A stretch of DNA of 39,909 bases from a virus (Duplodnaviria > Heunggongvirae > Uroviricota > Caudoviricetes): IMG/VR virus record IMGVR_UViG_2706794690_000014, one strand, 5' to 3'. The notes beneath the pieces are model-generated. The model saw only the letters and a program-made list of their open reading frames with translations. It did no database searches and was not told the DNA's origin. Within the stretch, counting starts at the first letter, position 1. Each line of letters begins with the position of its first letter. Below, in pieces: positions 25,153 through 34,951 of this stretch. A program made the translations under genes and the position numbers.

Positions 25153-27249
25153 ATGGCAAAAAACCTGAAAGCCTCCCTGATTGTCGATTTACTCGGCAAT
25201 ATTTCTGCCAAATCCCGCCAGTGGTCACAGGAGCTGGGGGCATTCTCCCGTTCCGGCAGGACGGGGCTGGGTGGTCTTGGAAATGCAGCACGTCGTGCCG
25301 GTCAGGAGACAGAACTTGTCGGCTCCCGTATGCAGCGAACGCTTGCCGGTGTTCGTGGCAGTATCCGCACGGTGACGTCAGATTTTGACCGCCTTCAGGG
25401 CAGCATTNNNNNNNNNNNNNNNNNNNNNNNNNNNNNNNNNNNNNNNNNNNNNNNNNNNNNNNNNNNNNNNNNNNNNNNNNNNNNNNNNNNNNNNNNNNNN
25501 NNNNNNNNNNNNNNNNNNNNNNNNNNNNNNNNNNNNNNNNNNNNNNNNNNNNNNNNNNNNNNNNNNNNNNNNNNNNNNNNNNNNNNNNNNNNNNNNNNNN
25601 NNNNNNNNNNNNNNNNNNNNNNNNNNNNNNNNNNNNNNNNNNNNNNNNNNNNNNNNNNNNNNNNNNNNNNNNNNNNNNNNNNNNNNNGCGGGTTCGGTAT
25701 GAGTGACAGGGAAGCCCGTCGCTTTATTACCATGCTTCAGGATCAGGGCGGCTATCACGGCTGGTCACTGTCAGATGCACAGGGTGCGTCCCTGCAACTC
25801 AAACAGATGTTTGCCCGCCAGAGTATCCAGGCAGCGGACGCCAATATTCTGACCGGATACGGGATTAACGTTTACCAGTTGCTGGCCGATAAGCTGGGTG
25901 TAAACCAGAAGATCATCCGTGAGAAAGGCGAGAAAGGAAAACTGGGACCGGACAGCATTCGCCTGTTATTTCAGGTGATGGCCGAACAGGCAAAAGGTGC
26001 CCAGAAAAACGCCATGAATTCCTGGACGGGAATGACGTCCATGATGGGCGATGTCTGGGACGGATTTGCCCGCGAGGTGATGGCAAAGGGACCGTTTGAC
26101 AGCCTGAAAAAGAGCCTGAAAGGCTTTCTGGATTATGCTGATGCGGCACAGAAAAGCGGCTTACAGGATAAGCTGGCCACACAGACGGCCTCAGCCCTGA
26201 ATCAGGGATTTGAGTATGCCAGAGACGCTGCGACCGGCTTTTACCGGGTCATTCAGAAAGTCAGGGAAACGCTTCAGGCACTGCGCGACGCCGGTTATGG
26301 CGATGCGCTGGATCGCATTGGTCAGGGTGCGCAGACCGCCGCAAAGTACCTGATGTATATGTATCTCGCCTCCCGTGCGCTGAAGGTGCTCAGGTTTGCG
26401 GGGACGGGGGCATTACGTCTCGGCGCAACCCCCTTACGCTATGGCATGGCGATGACCTCCGTGCTGACGTCGCCCTTCCGCAAACCGCAGACCACTGTAC
26501 CGGGAACGCAGCCCGGACGCGCTGGCCGGTTCCTGAATTTCCTTACCGGGGTAAATCCGGCTGCCGTTCAGCCCGTGCTGGTCACCAATTGGCCTGCGGG
26601 TGGCCTGGCCTCAGGTGGCGGGGATGTGGTGGTCAGCGGTGACGGCAAAACCGTGCGCGGCCGTAAAAAACGCGGCCCCGGACGTGGACGGGGTGTCACG
26701 ACCGTCGTGACTGCCGGTGAGCAACTGGCGGAGAGTGCCGGTAAACAGGGCTTCTTCGGTCGTATGATGAGCCGTGCCGGTGGTCTGCTAACGGCGGCCG
26801 GAAACCGCATGGGGCTGGGGCGTTTTGCCGGGCTGTTCCGTGGTGCCGGTCGGCTGGGTGGTGGTGCCCTGTGGGCCGGTGCCATGGCGGCTCCTGTACT
26901 GCTGGACAGCAGCGCCAGTGCAGCCGATAAAGCCGGTGCCGTGGGTTCCCTTGCCGGAAGTATCGCCGGTGGCGCGCTGGGGGCGGCTGCCGGTCCGGTC
27001 GGGGTTGCCATTGGTTCCACGGTGGGCAGCTATCTCGGTGATTATCTGGGGGGCTGGCTGACGCAGGCCTGGCAGAAACTGCGTGGCGGCAGTGACGAAA
27101 ACGGCGGACAGGCCACCGCGAAAACCGCCGCACGGGTGGAGCTTGTTGCCCCTGAAGGCTGGCGGGCGCGCAGTATTGATGTGGATGATACCGCACAGCA
27201 TGGCCTGGATGTGAACGTCTGGAACGGAGGGAACTATGGCCTCTACTGA
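25153..27249 (+). CDS. Tail tape measure protein (interrupted by an assembly gap)
   Basis: 698-codon ORF after the chaperone; Gly/Ala-rich C-terminal region. Contains 280 N at 25408-25687. Confidence 0.75.
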   Translation: MAKNLKASLIVDLLGNISAKSRQWSQELGAFSRSGRTGLGGLGNAARRAGQETELVGSRMQRTLAGVRGSIRTVTSDFDRLQGSIXXXXXXXXXXXXXXXXXXXXXXXXXXXXXXXXXXXXXXXXXXXXXXXXXXXXXXXXXXXXXXXXXXXXXXXXXXXXXXXXXXXXXXXXXXXXXXGFGMSDREARRFITMLQDQGGYHGWSLSDAQGASLQLKQMFARQSIQAADANILTGYGINVYQLLADKLGVNQKIIREKGEKGKLGPDSIRLLFQVMAEQAKGAQKNAMNSWTGMTSMMGDVWDGFAREVMAKGPFDSLKKSLKGFLDYADAAQKSGLQDKLATQTASALNQGFEYARDAATGFYRVIQKVRETLQALRDAGYGDALDRIGQGAQTAAKYLMYMYLASRALKVLRFAGTGALRLGATPLRYGMAMTSVLTSPFRKPQTTVPGTQPGRAGRFLNFLTGVNPAAVQPVLVTNWPAGGLASGGGDVVVSGDGKTVRGRKKRGPGRGRGVTTVVTAGEQLAESAGKQGFFGRMMSRAGGLLTAAGNRMGLGRFAGLFRGAGRLGGGALWAGAMAAPVLLDSSASAADKAGAVGSLAGSIAGGALGAAAGPVGVAIGSTVGSYLGDYLGGWLTQAWQKLRGGSDENGGQATAKTAARVELVAPEGWRARSIDVDDTAQHGLDVNVWNGGNYGLY
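25408..25687. other. Assembly gap (280 N)
   Basis: Uninterrupted run of n characters. Confidence 0.99.
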
Positions 27250-28594
27250 CACGCCGGGGCGTGGCTCCTTTCGTGGCGTACCGTTCCTGGTTTATCAGGA
27301 GCAGCGGGAACGGGGCGGACGTAACATTGTGCGCCGTGAATACCCACTGCGTGAAAGCGGCGGTGCGGATGATCTGGGGCCAAAACTCCCGGAGTTCACA
27401 TTCACGGTTCTGGTGACCGGAGACGATCTTCAGACACAGCGAAGCCGCCTGCGTGATGCGCTGCGTGCACCCGGTGCCGGTGAACTGATGCACCCGGATT
27501 ACGGCACGTTAAACGTGCTGATAAACAGCTTTGAAAGCCGTTATAACGCCAGCGAGCAGGGAACGGTTGAGTTCACGATCAACGTGATCCCCGCCAGTGA
27601 CGATACCGCCCCTGCGGTGGCAGAAGATACGGCAGCTGCGCTGGAGCAGAAAAGCGGCTCAGCAATGAATCAGCTGTTTAACACGCTTTCAGACGGCTGG
27701 ACGGTGATTTCAGACGGTCTGCATGATGTACAGGCCATGACCGACACCATCAGCGATAAGATTGATGCACTGGAGAATGCCGTTTCGGGGATGGGGATTG
27801 TGCAGGATATCAGTGCCTTTACGGCCAGTTTTACTGCCCTGAAAGGCAATGCCGCCGCCCTGATTAATGCGCCCCGTCGCATGGCTGAATCGCTGGCCGG
27901 AATGTTTGCCGTGCTGACCGGGCTGCCCGGCGATCCTTCCCTGTCTCTGACCGGAAAAGCCGGAACGCCGTCCGGCAGCCTGACCACAAACCGTGACAGC
28001 ATGGCAGAGCAGGCCATGCCGCAGCTGTACCGCACACTTTCCTCCCTGCGTTACACCCTCAGCGAACAGGATGATCCACAGCGCCTGATTGGCCTGACGC
28101 CTGCGGCACAGAAAAATATCCGTCTGCTGCGGAGCGTGATGCAGAGTGCAACCCTGGTGTCGCAGGCACAGACGCTCGGAAAACTGCTGGATCAGGTCAT
28201 CCGGCAGAATACGACGCACGTTCAGGATACTGACCGTTCGGGCGGACTGGCCTGGCTGGAAAGTTCTGCTGATGTGCAGCGTATCAACCGGGATTTGAGC
28301 GATGCCATGGAACAACAGGTGCTGGATCTGTCCGCACAGGGCTATACCGGGACTGCCCTTGCATTACGTGATGCAGGGCTTGCGCTGACAGAAGATTTAA
28401 CCACACGGAGCGTGCATCTTCCCGGTGCTTTTCAGGTCATGGTTCGCACCACCGAACCGGCACTGGTCACGCTGTACCGTGCCACCGGCAACAGCAGTCG
28501 CTGGCAGTATTTTGTCCGCAGAAACAATATCCCCGATCCGGTTTTTGTTCCGGGTGGCCGCAGCGTGGAGGTGATCAGTGAGCAGCAGGATTGA
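27236..28594 (+). CDS. DNA circularization protein (Mu N-like)
   Basis: 452-aa ORF downstream of the tape measure; position as Mu gene N. Confidence 0.7.
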   Translation: MASTDTPGRGSFRGVPFLVYQEQRERGGRNIVRREYPLRESGGADDLGPKLPEFTFTVLVTGDDLQTQRSRLRDALRAPGAGELMHPDYGTLNVLINSFESRYNASEQGTVEFTINVIPASDDTAPAVAEDTAAALEQKSGSAMNQLFNTLSDGWTVISDGLHDVQAMTDTISDKIDALENAVSGMGIVQDISAFTASFTALKGNAAALINAPRRMAESLAGMFAVLTGLPGDPSLSLTGKAGTPSGSLTTNRDSMAEQAMPQLYRTLSSLRYTLSEQDDPQRLIGLTPAAQKNIRLLRSVMQSATLVSQAQTLGKLLDQVIRQNTTHVQDTDRSGGLAWLESSADVQRINRDLSDAMEQQVLDLSAQGYTGTALALRDAGLALTEDLTTRSVHLPGAFQVMVRTTEPALVTLYRATGNSSRWQYFVRRNNIPDPVFVPGGRSVEVISEQQD

Positions 28595-29702
28595 ACTGTA
28601 TATCGGTGGCAGTATTTTTTCCGGCTGGCTGACGGTCAGCGTCCGTCGCTCGCTGGAGCATCTGGCCGGGTCGTTTGAACTGGGGCTGATGCTGCCCGGT
28701 GAGCGCATCCCCTCAGCCCTGCGAACCGGTCAGTCCCTGACGCTCAGAATTAACGGGCAGACGGTCATCAGTGGCTGGCTGGATCAGGTCAGTCAGCGGA
28801 TCAGTGCAACCCGTCATCAGATCAGCATCAGCGGTCGGGATAAAACCGGCGACCTGGTGGACTGTGCCGCCATCCATCCCGGCAGCCAGTGGCGCAACCG
28901 GACGCTGGCACAGATTGCCGCAGATTTATGTGCGCCCTTCGGGATAGCCGTGCGCTGGCAGGTTAACGACGACACGGCTGCACGCCCCTTCAGCTCTTTT
29001 ACGCTGGAAAACTCAGAAACCGTGGCGGATGCGCTGACCCGTGCTGCCCGGCATCGCGGGGTGCTGGTGACCAGTAATGCTGACGGCGATCTGGTGTTCA
29101 CCCAGGCAGGAAGCCAGCAGACGGACAGACTGGTGCTGGGAGATAACCTGCTTGATGCCGATTACAACACGGACTGGCGAGGACGATACAGCGAATACCG
29201 TGTCCGGGGACACGGGCGCGGTGGTGGCAAACGGGGAGACAGCGAATCCGCCGCCCGTCTGGCAGCACCTGTGGGCGTCATCAGTGATGAGCAGATCGGC
29301 CGCTACCGGTCGAAAATCATCCTCGCCGATCAACAGACAGACACCACCGGTGCACGGCAGCGTGCCCTGCGTGAAATGCGCCGTGCGATTGCCCGTTCAG
29401 AACGGTTTTCTGCCACCGTGCGTGGCTGGTTCCGGGATGATGGCCGGTTATGGGATGTCAATCTGCTGACCGGTGTTTCAGCCCTGCGTTTCGGTATAGA
29501 ACAGACTGAACTGCTGGTCTGTCAGGTGGAGTTTTTACTTGATGAACATAACGGGGAAGTCACCCGGCTGGTACTGGCACCGCGTGACGGCTTTATCGTT
29601 CCGGCAGAGCCGGACAGTAAGGGCCGGGGTGGTTCCGGTGACGATGTTGATGCCTTTATTCGCCAGCAGATGAAAAAACAGGGGATCAGCTTTGATGAAT
29701 GA
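28578..29702 (+). CDS. Tail/baseplate hub protein (Mu P-like)
   Basis: 374-aa ORF with a GTG start; position as Mu gene P. Confidence 0.7.
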   Translation: MSSRIELYIGGSIFSGWLTVSVRRSLEHLAGSFELGLMLPGERIPSALRTGQSLTLRINGQTVISGWLDQVSQRISATRHQISISGRDKTGDLVDCAAIHPGSQWRNRTLAQIAADLCAPFGIAVRWQVNDDTAARPFSSFTLENSETVADALTRAARHRGVLVTSNADGDLVFTQAGSQQTDRLVLGDNLLDADYNTDWRGRYSEYRVRGHGRGGGKRGDSESAARLAAPVGVISDEQIGRYRSKIILADQQTDTTGARQRALREMRRAIARSERFSATVRGWFRDDGRLWDVNLLTGVSALRFGIEQTELLVCQVEFLLDEHNGEVTRLVLAPRDGFIVPAEPDSKGRGGSGDDVDAFIRQQMKKQGISFDE

Positions 29703-30306
29703 TGAAGTGTTCAGCCGCCTGATTGCCCCGGTAACGCGCGGTATTCGCCTGTTGTTTGGCCGGGGCGTTCTGACCGGCACACATGACGAACTGAAAATGC
29801 AGAATGTGCAGCTCACCGGCATGGACGGCGAAACCTTTGATGATGTGGAGCGTCCCCAGCAGTACGGGCAGATCAGCGTTCCCCTGCCGGGTGCGGAAAC
29901 CTTTTTTGCCTGTCTGGGCGGACAGCGGGATCAGACTGTGGTGCTTGTGGTGGAAGACCGGCGCAGCCGCCCGACCGGACTCACAGCCGGAGATACGGGG
30001 GTGTATCACCATGAGGGGCACCGGATACGGTTAACAAAGGATGGTCGCATTATTGTGACATGCAAAATGCTGGAGATTTACGCCGATGAGGGGATGCGGG
30101 TGGATACGCCGGAGGCCACCTTTACGGGCAATGTGACGGTGGATAAAAACCTGCATGTTAAGGGTAATTTCGTGCTTGATGGTACAGGTAAATCAGACGG
30201 GCTGTTCACGATGTCTGATGCCGTTATTGCCGGGATCACCTATTCCGGCCATGTGCATCAGGATAACGGCAAAGGCAGTAAGACAGGAGCGCCGGAGAAT
30301 GGCTGA
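29695..30306 (+). CDS. Baseplate spike protein (gpV-like, Mu gp45)
   Basis: ~203-aa ORF; ATG at 29695 overlaps the P-like stop. Assigned from baseplate gene order. Confidence 0.7.
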   Translation: MNDEVFSRLIAPVTRGIRLLFGRGVLTGTHDELKMQNVQLTGMDGETFDDVERPQQYGQISVPLPGAETFFACLGGQRDQTVVLVVEDRRSRPTGLTAGDTGVYHHEGHRIRLTKDGRIIVTCKMLEIYADEGMRVDTPEATFTGNVTVDKNLHVKGNFVLDGTGKSDGLFTMSDAVIAGITYSGHVHQDNGKGSKTGAPENG

Positions 30307-30736
30307 TATTGCAATTGTATGGGATCAGGGGTGCGGTTCGCTGCAACTGAACGGTGCCGACTTGCTGACGGATGACAGTCTGCTGACGGCCGTTCTGATT
30401 TCGCTGTTTACTGACCGCCGGGCGCTGGCATCGGATGAAATCCCTGACGGTACGCGCGACCGCCGGGGATGGTGGGGAGACAGTTTTCGCCCGCGCCCCA
30501 TTGGCTCCCGTCTGTGGCTTCTCAGCCGGGAAAAAACGCTGGCCTCGGTGATAAGCCGTGCCCGTGCTTACGCGGATGAGGCGCTGGGCTGGCTCAGTCA
30601 GGATGGCGTGGCGTCATCCGTGGTCTGTCATGCAGAACGTGTGGGACACGCGCGGCTGGCGCTTTCGGTGCGCATAACCCTGCCTGATGGTTCAGTGAGG
30701 CCCATGATTTTTTATGCTGATCTTAAGGGGGAGTAA
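30299..30736 (+). CDS. Baseplate protein (gpW-like, Mu gp46)
   Basis: ATG at 30299 gives a 145-aa protein (MADIAIVWDQG...), preferred over the upstream start at 30155. Confidence 0.65.
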   Translation: MADIAIVWDQGCGSLQLNGADLLTDDSLLTAVLISLFTDRRALASDEIPDGTRDRRGWWGDSFRPRPIGSRLWLLSREKTLASVISRARAYADEALGWLSQDGVASSVVCHAERVGHARLALSVRITLPDGSVRPMIFYADLKGE

Positions 30737-31818
30737 TGCCTTATCAGCCTTTACCGCTGGCACAGTTAATCACGCAGACACAGCAGGATATCAGCCAGCG
30801 CCTGCCCGGCTCGCAGCCGGGTGTGAATGAAACCACCCTGAATGCCATTGCTTACGCTCAGGCAGGGTTATCTGCTCAGGAGCATGAGCATCTGGCCTGG
30901 ATTGCGCGTCAGATCATCCCGACCGAAGCCGATGAAGCCGAACTGCTGAAACACTGTGCATTCTGGGGCGTCATGCGTAAGCCTGCCTCTCGGGGGGACG
31001 GGCCGGTTCAGCTGATGCTGACCACGGATGCGGGGATCAAGGAAGGTGTGCTTCTCCAGCGAAGTGATGGCGTGGTTTACCGTATCACCACCTCCCTGAC
31101 CGGTAAGGCCGGTACGCTGAATGTCAGTGTGGAAGCCGAAAGTGCCGGTCGTGCGGGGAATGCCCCGGCAGGGACAAAACTGACATTTATCACACCGCAG
31201 GCGGGGATCAACCAGACGGCCACGGTGACCGGAACGGGGATCACCGGTGGTGCGGATGTGGAAACCGTGCCGGAGCTGCTTTCCCGTCTGGTTTTCCGGG
31301 TGCAGAATCCACCGTCCGGCGGCACGCAGTATGATTTTGAACGCTGGGCGCGTGAAGTGCCGGGCGTGACGCGGGCATGGTGCCGCCCGGAATGGCCGCA
31401 GGCGGGCAGCGTGGGGGTAACGTTTGTTCAGGATAATAACCCGGATATTTTCCCCGGTGACGGTGATGTTCAGCGGGTGGCGGATTATATCCGCAGTCAT
31501 GATGATCCGGCGACCGGCCAGCCTGTCGGACAGCCTCTGGGGCCGACGGTGACCGTGTTTAAACTGACCAATAAGCCGGTGCCCTTCAGCATCAGGATCA
31601 TCCCGAAAACACCGGAGAATCAGGCGGCCGTAAAACAGGCGCTGACCGACCTGTTGTATAACGAATCCCGGCCCGGCGGTCTGGTTCTGCCGTCGTCTTT
31701 CTGGCGGGCGGTGGCAGGGGTGAAAAATCTGGAGGATTTTGAAGTGCGCAGTCCGCTGACGTCAGTTCAGGCGGGAGACAGTGAGCTGCTGACGGTAGGA
31801 GAAATCACATGGCTGTAA
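30736..31818 (+). CDS. Baseplate J-like protein (Mu gp47)
   Basis: 360-aa ORF coupled to its neighbours; position as in Mu/P2-type baseplate clusters. Confidence 0.7.
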   Translation: MPYQPLPLAQLITQTQQDISQRLPGSQPGVNETTLNAIAYAQAGLSAQEHEHLAWIARQIIPTEADEAELLKHCAFWGVMRKPASRGDGPVQLMLTTDAGIKEGVLLQRSDGVVYRITTSLTGKAGTLNVSVEAESAGRAGNAPAGTKLTFITPQAGINQTATVTGTGITGGADVETVPELLSRLVFRVQNPPSGGTQYDFERWAREVPGVTRAWCRPEWPQAGSVGVTFVQDNNPDIFPGDGDVQRVADYIRSHDDPATGQPVGQPLGPTVTVFKLTNKPVPFSIRIIPKTPENQAAVKQALTDLLYNESRPGGLVLPSSFWRAVAGVKNLEDFEVRSPLTSVQAGDSELLTVGEITWL

Positions 31819-32369
31819 CCCTGACCCCGCATCAGCGCGCCCTGTTGCAGTTACTGCCTGACGGGCTGGCATGGGACAAGCGTCCGTCATCCGTACTGGC
31901 ATCATTATGTCTGGGCCTCAGTCATTCGACAGCGCGTGTATCCTGGACGGGTAAACAGCTGCTTGCCGAGCGTTTCCCTGACACGTCGCGCCTGCTGCTG
32001 GAAGACTGGGAGCGTTATCTCGGGCTTCCCGAGTGTGATATGGCCGGAGCCACCCTCACGGAGCGACAGCGTTATGCCGGAAATAAATACCGGATGAAGC
32101 CCTCGCTGAACCGTGAATTTTATATCCGGTTTGCGGCGGAGTTTGGTTATCAGATTGACATTCAGCCCTCACCGGATTCGCAGTGGGTCAGTATTGTCAC
32201 GATTAACAGTGAAACCGGCTACCGGAATATGAATGTGCTGGATGATATTCTCACGCCGCTGCGTATTTATGAAGGCGGTGCGCTGGAATGTATTCTGAAC
32301 CGTTATAAGCCTGCATGGCAGACGTTTATTTACGTTTATGCAAACAGCCATGAAGAGGAGACTATTTAA
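31809..32369 (+). CDS. Tail protein (Mu gp48-like)
   Basis: 186-aa ORF immediately before the tail fiber gene. Confidence 0.65.
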   Translation: MAVTLTPHQRALLQLLPDGLAWDKRPSSVLASLCLGLSHSTARVSWTGKQLLAERFPDTSRLLLEDWERYLGLPECDMAGATLTERQRYAGNKYRMKPSLNREFYIRFAAEFGYQIDIQPSPDSQWVSIVTINSETGYRNMNVLDDILTPLRIYEGGALECILNRYKPAWQTFIYVYANSHEEETI

Positions 32370-33250
32370 TGTTTCATGTTGATAATAATTCCGGCGTGGC
32401 GAATATGCCTGCGCTGGCACCGGCGCAGAGTAATACCACCACCTGGTTTACCGAAGGTGACGGACAAAAAGGTATCAGCTGGATTGGTCAGGACTGGCTG
32501 AATATTCTCCAGGCCGAACTGCTGAATATTCTGGCTGAAGCCAGTATTCAGCCGGATAAGGCGCAGTTAAACCAGCTTACGCTGTCCATTAAAGCCATTA
32601 TCGCTGCGAATGCCTTTTCCCGGAAAAATAACCTGAAAGAAATTGCTGATGCCGGTGCGGAGGCCCAGCGTCTGGCCCGTGGTTATCTTGGTCTGGGGAC
32701 GCTTGCCACAAAAAACAGTCTTGGTCCCGCTGACGTTAATGCCCTGGCGAAGGATCAGAATCTCGCCGACCTGGAGAATAAGGGAACCGCCCGTAATAAT
32801 CTGGATGTTTACAGCAAAAGCGAAGGTGATAACCGTTACCTGCGCAGGGAGCAGAACGGCGCAGACATTCCGGATAAAGGGGCTTTTATCGATAACGTCG
32901 GTTTACGGGAAACGGTAAACAGGGCGGCGAATGCCCTGCCATCGGACGGCACCGCCGTTGCCGCGAACAGGCTGGCAAATGCCCACACAATTAATGGTGT
33001 TCCCTTTGACGGGACGCAGGATATCACTATCTCATCAGGAACAGTAACCGCCATAAGACTGGGGTCGGTGACCGCACATATGCCCGGAACATGGGAAAGC
33101 TGGGATCTGAATCTGGGGGGCGGCAATGTTCTTACCGGAATTAAAGTACAGGATGTCGGTAAGAATACGGCAGATAACGTCGGCGGCGTGTATTACCGGC
33201 CGTTGCAGTATCTGTTAAATGGAGCATGGGTGACGGCTGCAAGTATATAA
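32369..33250 (+). CDS. Tail fiber protein (constant N-terminal part plus invertible variable C-terminal part)
   Basis: 293-aa ORF; a gix-like site lies in-frame at codons FIDNVGLRE (32886-32911), so everything 3' of 32899 is inside the invertible segment. Confidence 0.8.
   Translation: MFHVDNNSGVANMPALAPAQSNTTTWFTEGDGQKGISWIGQDWLNILQAELLNILAEASIQPDKAQLNQLTLSIKAIIAANAFSRKNNLKEIADAGAEAQRLARGYLGLGTLATKNSLGPADVNALAKDQNLADLENKGTARNNLDVYSKSEGDNRYLRREQNGADIPDKGAFIDNVGLRETVNRAANALPSDGTAVAANRLANAHTINGVPFDGTQDITISSGTVTAIRLGSVTAHMPGTWESWDLNLGGGNVLTGIKVQDVGKNTADNVGGVYYRPLQYLLNGAWVTAASI
32886..32911. repeat. gix-like recombination site, left
   Basis: ttatcgataacg-tc-ggtttacgggaa: two 12-bp half-sites around a 2-bp core; the right half is the exact reverse complement of the left half of the right site. 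Confidence 0.7.
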
Positions 33251-33259
33251 TGATATTCA

Positions 33260-33277
33260 GAAGGCCTTCCGGCCTTC
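33260..33277. terminator. Bidirectional terminator-like hairpin between convergent genes
   Basis: gaaggcc-ttcc-ggccttc followed by tttatta, between the tail fiber stop (33250) and the minus-strand assembly gene stop (33282). Confidence 0.5.
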
Positions 33278-33281
33278 TTTA

Positions 33282-33803
33282 TTACTGTGGCTGCTCAGGC
33301 CATTTAATGGCGTTAAATTCAGCTTCTGTTTTAATGGCGGGTAGTTCCATTTTCTTCACCTGACTGATGTATGCCATCCATTGGGTAAGTGCTGCTCTGT
33401 CTTCATCGCTGATGGTGCCCAGTTGTAGCTCCGTTCTCCAGTCATTAATTTTTTCATATGCCTGATTAAGATATGACTGGCGCATTGCTTCCAGTTTTCT
33501 TGCGTAGTTAACCGGAATACGGGAGATTATGCCATTATCAAACTTCCAGTTTCCTGAAATATCCGTGCCTTCAGGGAGTTCATCGACCTCAACCACAGAA
33601 AACCCCGCAGGATACAGCGCCGAGGCGTCCTGTGATATTGAGCAGATAACGCCGCTGTCAGGTGTTATGCAAAGTTTATATTTTTTGGTGAATAATGGCA
33701 GGGATTCGTAGAAATCCTTACCATCTTCACTCTGGAAATACTGAACATTATTACCATATGGCATATTTTCAGGATAATAACGGGTTATATTTTTTAGTTC
33801 CAT
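33282..33803 (-). CDS. Tail fiber assembly protein (U'-like)
   Basis: 173-aa minus-strand ORF inside the invertible segment, directly downstream of the silent alternative fiber cassette. Confidence 0.7.
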   Translation of the reverse strand: MELKNITRYYPENMPYGNNVQYFQSEDGKDFYESLPLFTKKYKLCITPDSGVICSISQDASALYPAGFSVVEVDELPEGTDISGNWKFDNGIISRIPVNYARKLEAMRQSYLNQAYEKINDWRTELQLGTISDEDRAALTQWMAYISQVKKMELPAIKTEAEFNAIKWPEQPQ

Positions 33804-33854
33804 AAAATCCTCCTGGAAATAAATCTGTTTTAAAATATATTATTTACTGACTAT

Positions 33855-34215
33855 TTATAACTGAGATACCGTAATCCATGTACCTCCGACTAATTTTTGC
33901 AGGGGTCTGAATGCTATAAAATCGTTTGAAGCATCAACTTTACTGTCAATCTGCAGGCCTGCCATAACATTACCGTACGCAGAGTAATATGCCCCACCGT
34001 ACATTACCTGCCTGTTCTCTGCTCCCAGCCTGATATCCTGGATATATCGGGAATCCGCATCCTGCTGTGTTATACCAGAAGTGATGTTTATGTCCTGCGT
34101 CCCGTCAAAGGGAACCCCATTAATATTTCTTGGGGTGGCGAGTCTATTCGCGGCAACGGCGGTGCCGTCCGATGGCAGAGCATTCGCCGCCCTGTTTACC
34201 GTTTCCCGTAAACCG
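33855..34215 (-). CDS. Silent alternative tail-fiber C-terminal cassette (S'v-like, no start codon)
   Basis: Minus-strand frame open from the right gix site to a TAA at 33855-33857 (~119 codons). Its first ~40 codons mirror the tail fiber ([23 protein letters not shown]...GVPFDGTQD), then diverge. Confidence 0.55.
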
Positions 34216-34228
34216 AGGTTTTCAGGAA
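34203..34228. repeat. gix-like recombination site, right
   Basis: ttcccgtaaacc-ga-ggttttcaggaa, closely matching the recalled Gin/Hin-family crossover consensus; 66 bp upstream of gin. Confidence 0.7.
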
Positions 34229-34293
34229 AGCCAGGATTAACTCTGTTTTATTCCTCATGCGACAATTCCGGCTTTTTATAATAAGGAAATCGT

Positions 34294-34866
34294 ATGCTGA
34301 TTGGGTATATCAGGGTGTCAACAAATGACCAGAATACGGCGCTACAAAGAAATGCGCTGGAATGTGCAGGATGTGAGCTGTTTTTCGAAGACAGAATAAG
34401 CGGTAAGACAAGGGAGCGTCCCGGACTTAAACGCGCATTAAAGCGACTCCGGCCAGGGGATACCCTGCTGGTCTGGAAACTGGATCGCCTTGGACGCAGT
34501 ATGCAGCACCTTGTCCTTTTAACAGAAGAACTCCGGCAACGCGGCGTTAACTTCCGCAGCATTACGGACAATATTGATACATCCACTCCCATGGGACGTT
34601 TCTTTTTCCATATAATGGGCGCGCTGGCGGAAATGGAGCGGGAACTCATTATTGAACGTACACGCGCGGGTCTTGCTGCTGCCCGTGCTCAGGGGCGTCA
34701 TGGCGGCAGACCTCAGAAACTGACAGAGAAAGAGCGGGAGCAAATCGCCCGTTTGCTGGCTAATGGCGAGTCCCGTAAACAAATCGCACTGATATTTGAT
34801 ATTGGCCTTTCCACCCTTTATCGTTATTTTCCTGCCTCACCAGCTCCGTCACCAAAAGTACCGTGA
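34294..34866 (+). CDS. gin: Serine DNA invertase (Gin/Hin/Pin family)
   Basis: N-terminal catalytic region MLIGYIRVSTNDQ and C-terminal HTH (GESRKQIALIFDIGLSTLYRYF), both typical of serine invertases. Confidence 0.9.
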   Translation: MLIGYIRVSTNDQNTALQRNALECAGCELFFEDRISGKTRERPGLKRALKRLRPGDTLLVWKLDRLGRSMQHLVLLTEELRQRGVNFRSITDNIDTSTPMGRFFFHIMGALAEMERELIIERTRAGLAAARAQGRHGGRPQKLTEKEREQIARLLANGESRKQIALIFDIGLSTLYRYFPASPAPSPKVP

Positions 34867-34951
34867 CGCTTTTTTGAATTTCCGCAAAACACATATTTTT
34901 CAGCGGTCGCTATTCTGACTCTGTTTAATTCAGAAACAGGCAGAAAAGACG

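Larger units (their letters stand above)
32899..34215. other. Gin-invertible tail-fiber host-range segment (G-segment-like)
   Basis: Bounded by inverted gix-like sites with matching core dinucleotides (tc and ga) and ~120-bp imperfect inverted repeats; gin lies immediately downstream. Confidence 0.7.

Noticed and set aside
26568-27493. Long minus-strand ORFs (150-265 aa) antisense to the tape-measure gene; similar antisense ORFs at 12645-13265, 19456-20047 and 14599-15072
   Set aside because: Their products are dominated by Arg, Pro, Ser and Ala runs typical of antisense frames in GC-rich coding DNA, and they lie wholly inside well-supported plus-strand structural genes.
34248-34649. 133-aa minus-strand ORF overlapping gin
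   Set aside because: It is antisense to a very well-supported serine invertase gene and its product is Arg/Ser-rich and low in complexity.
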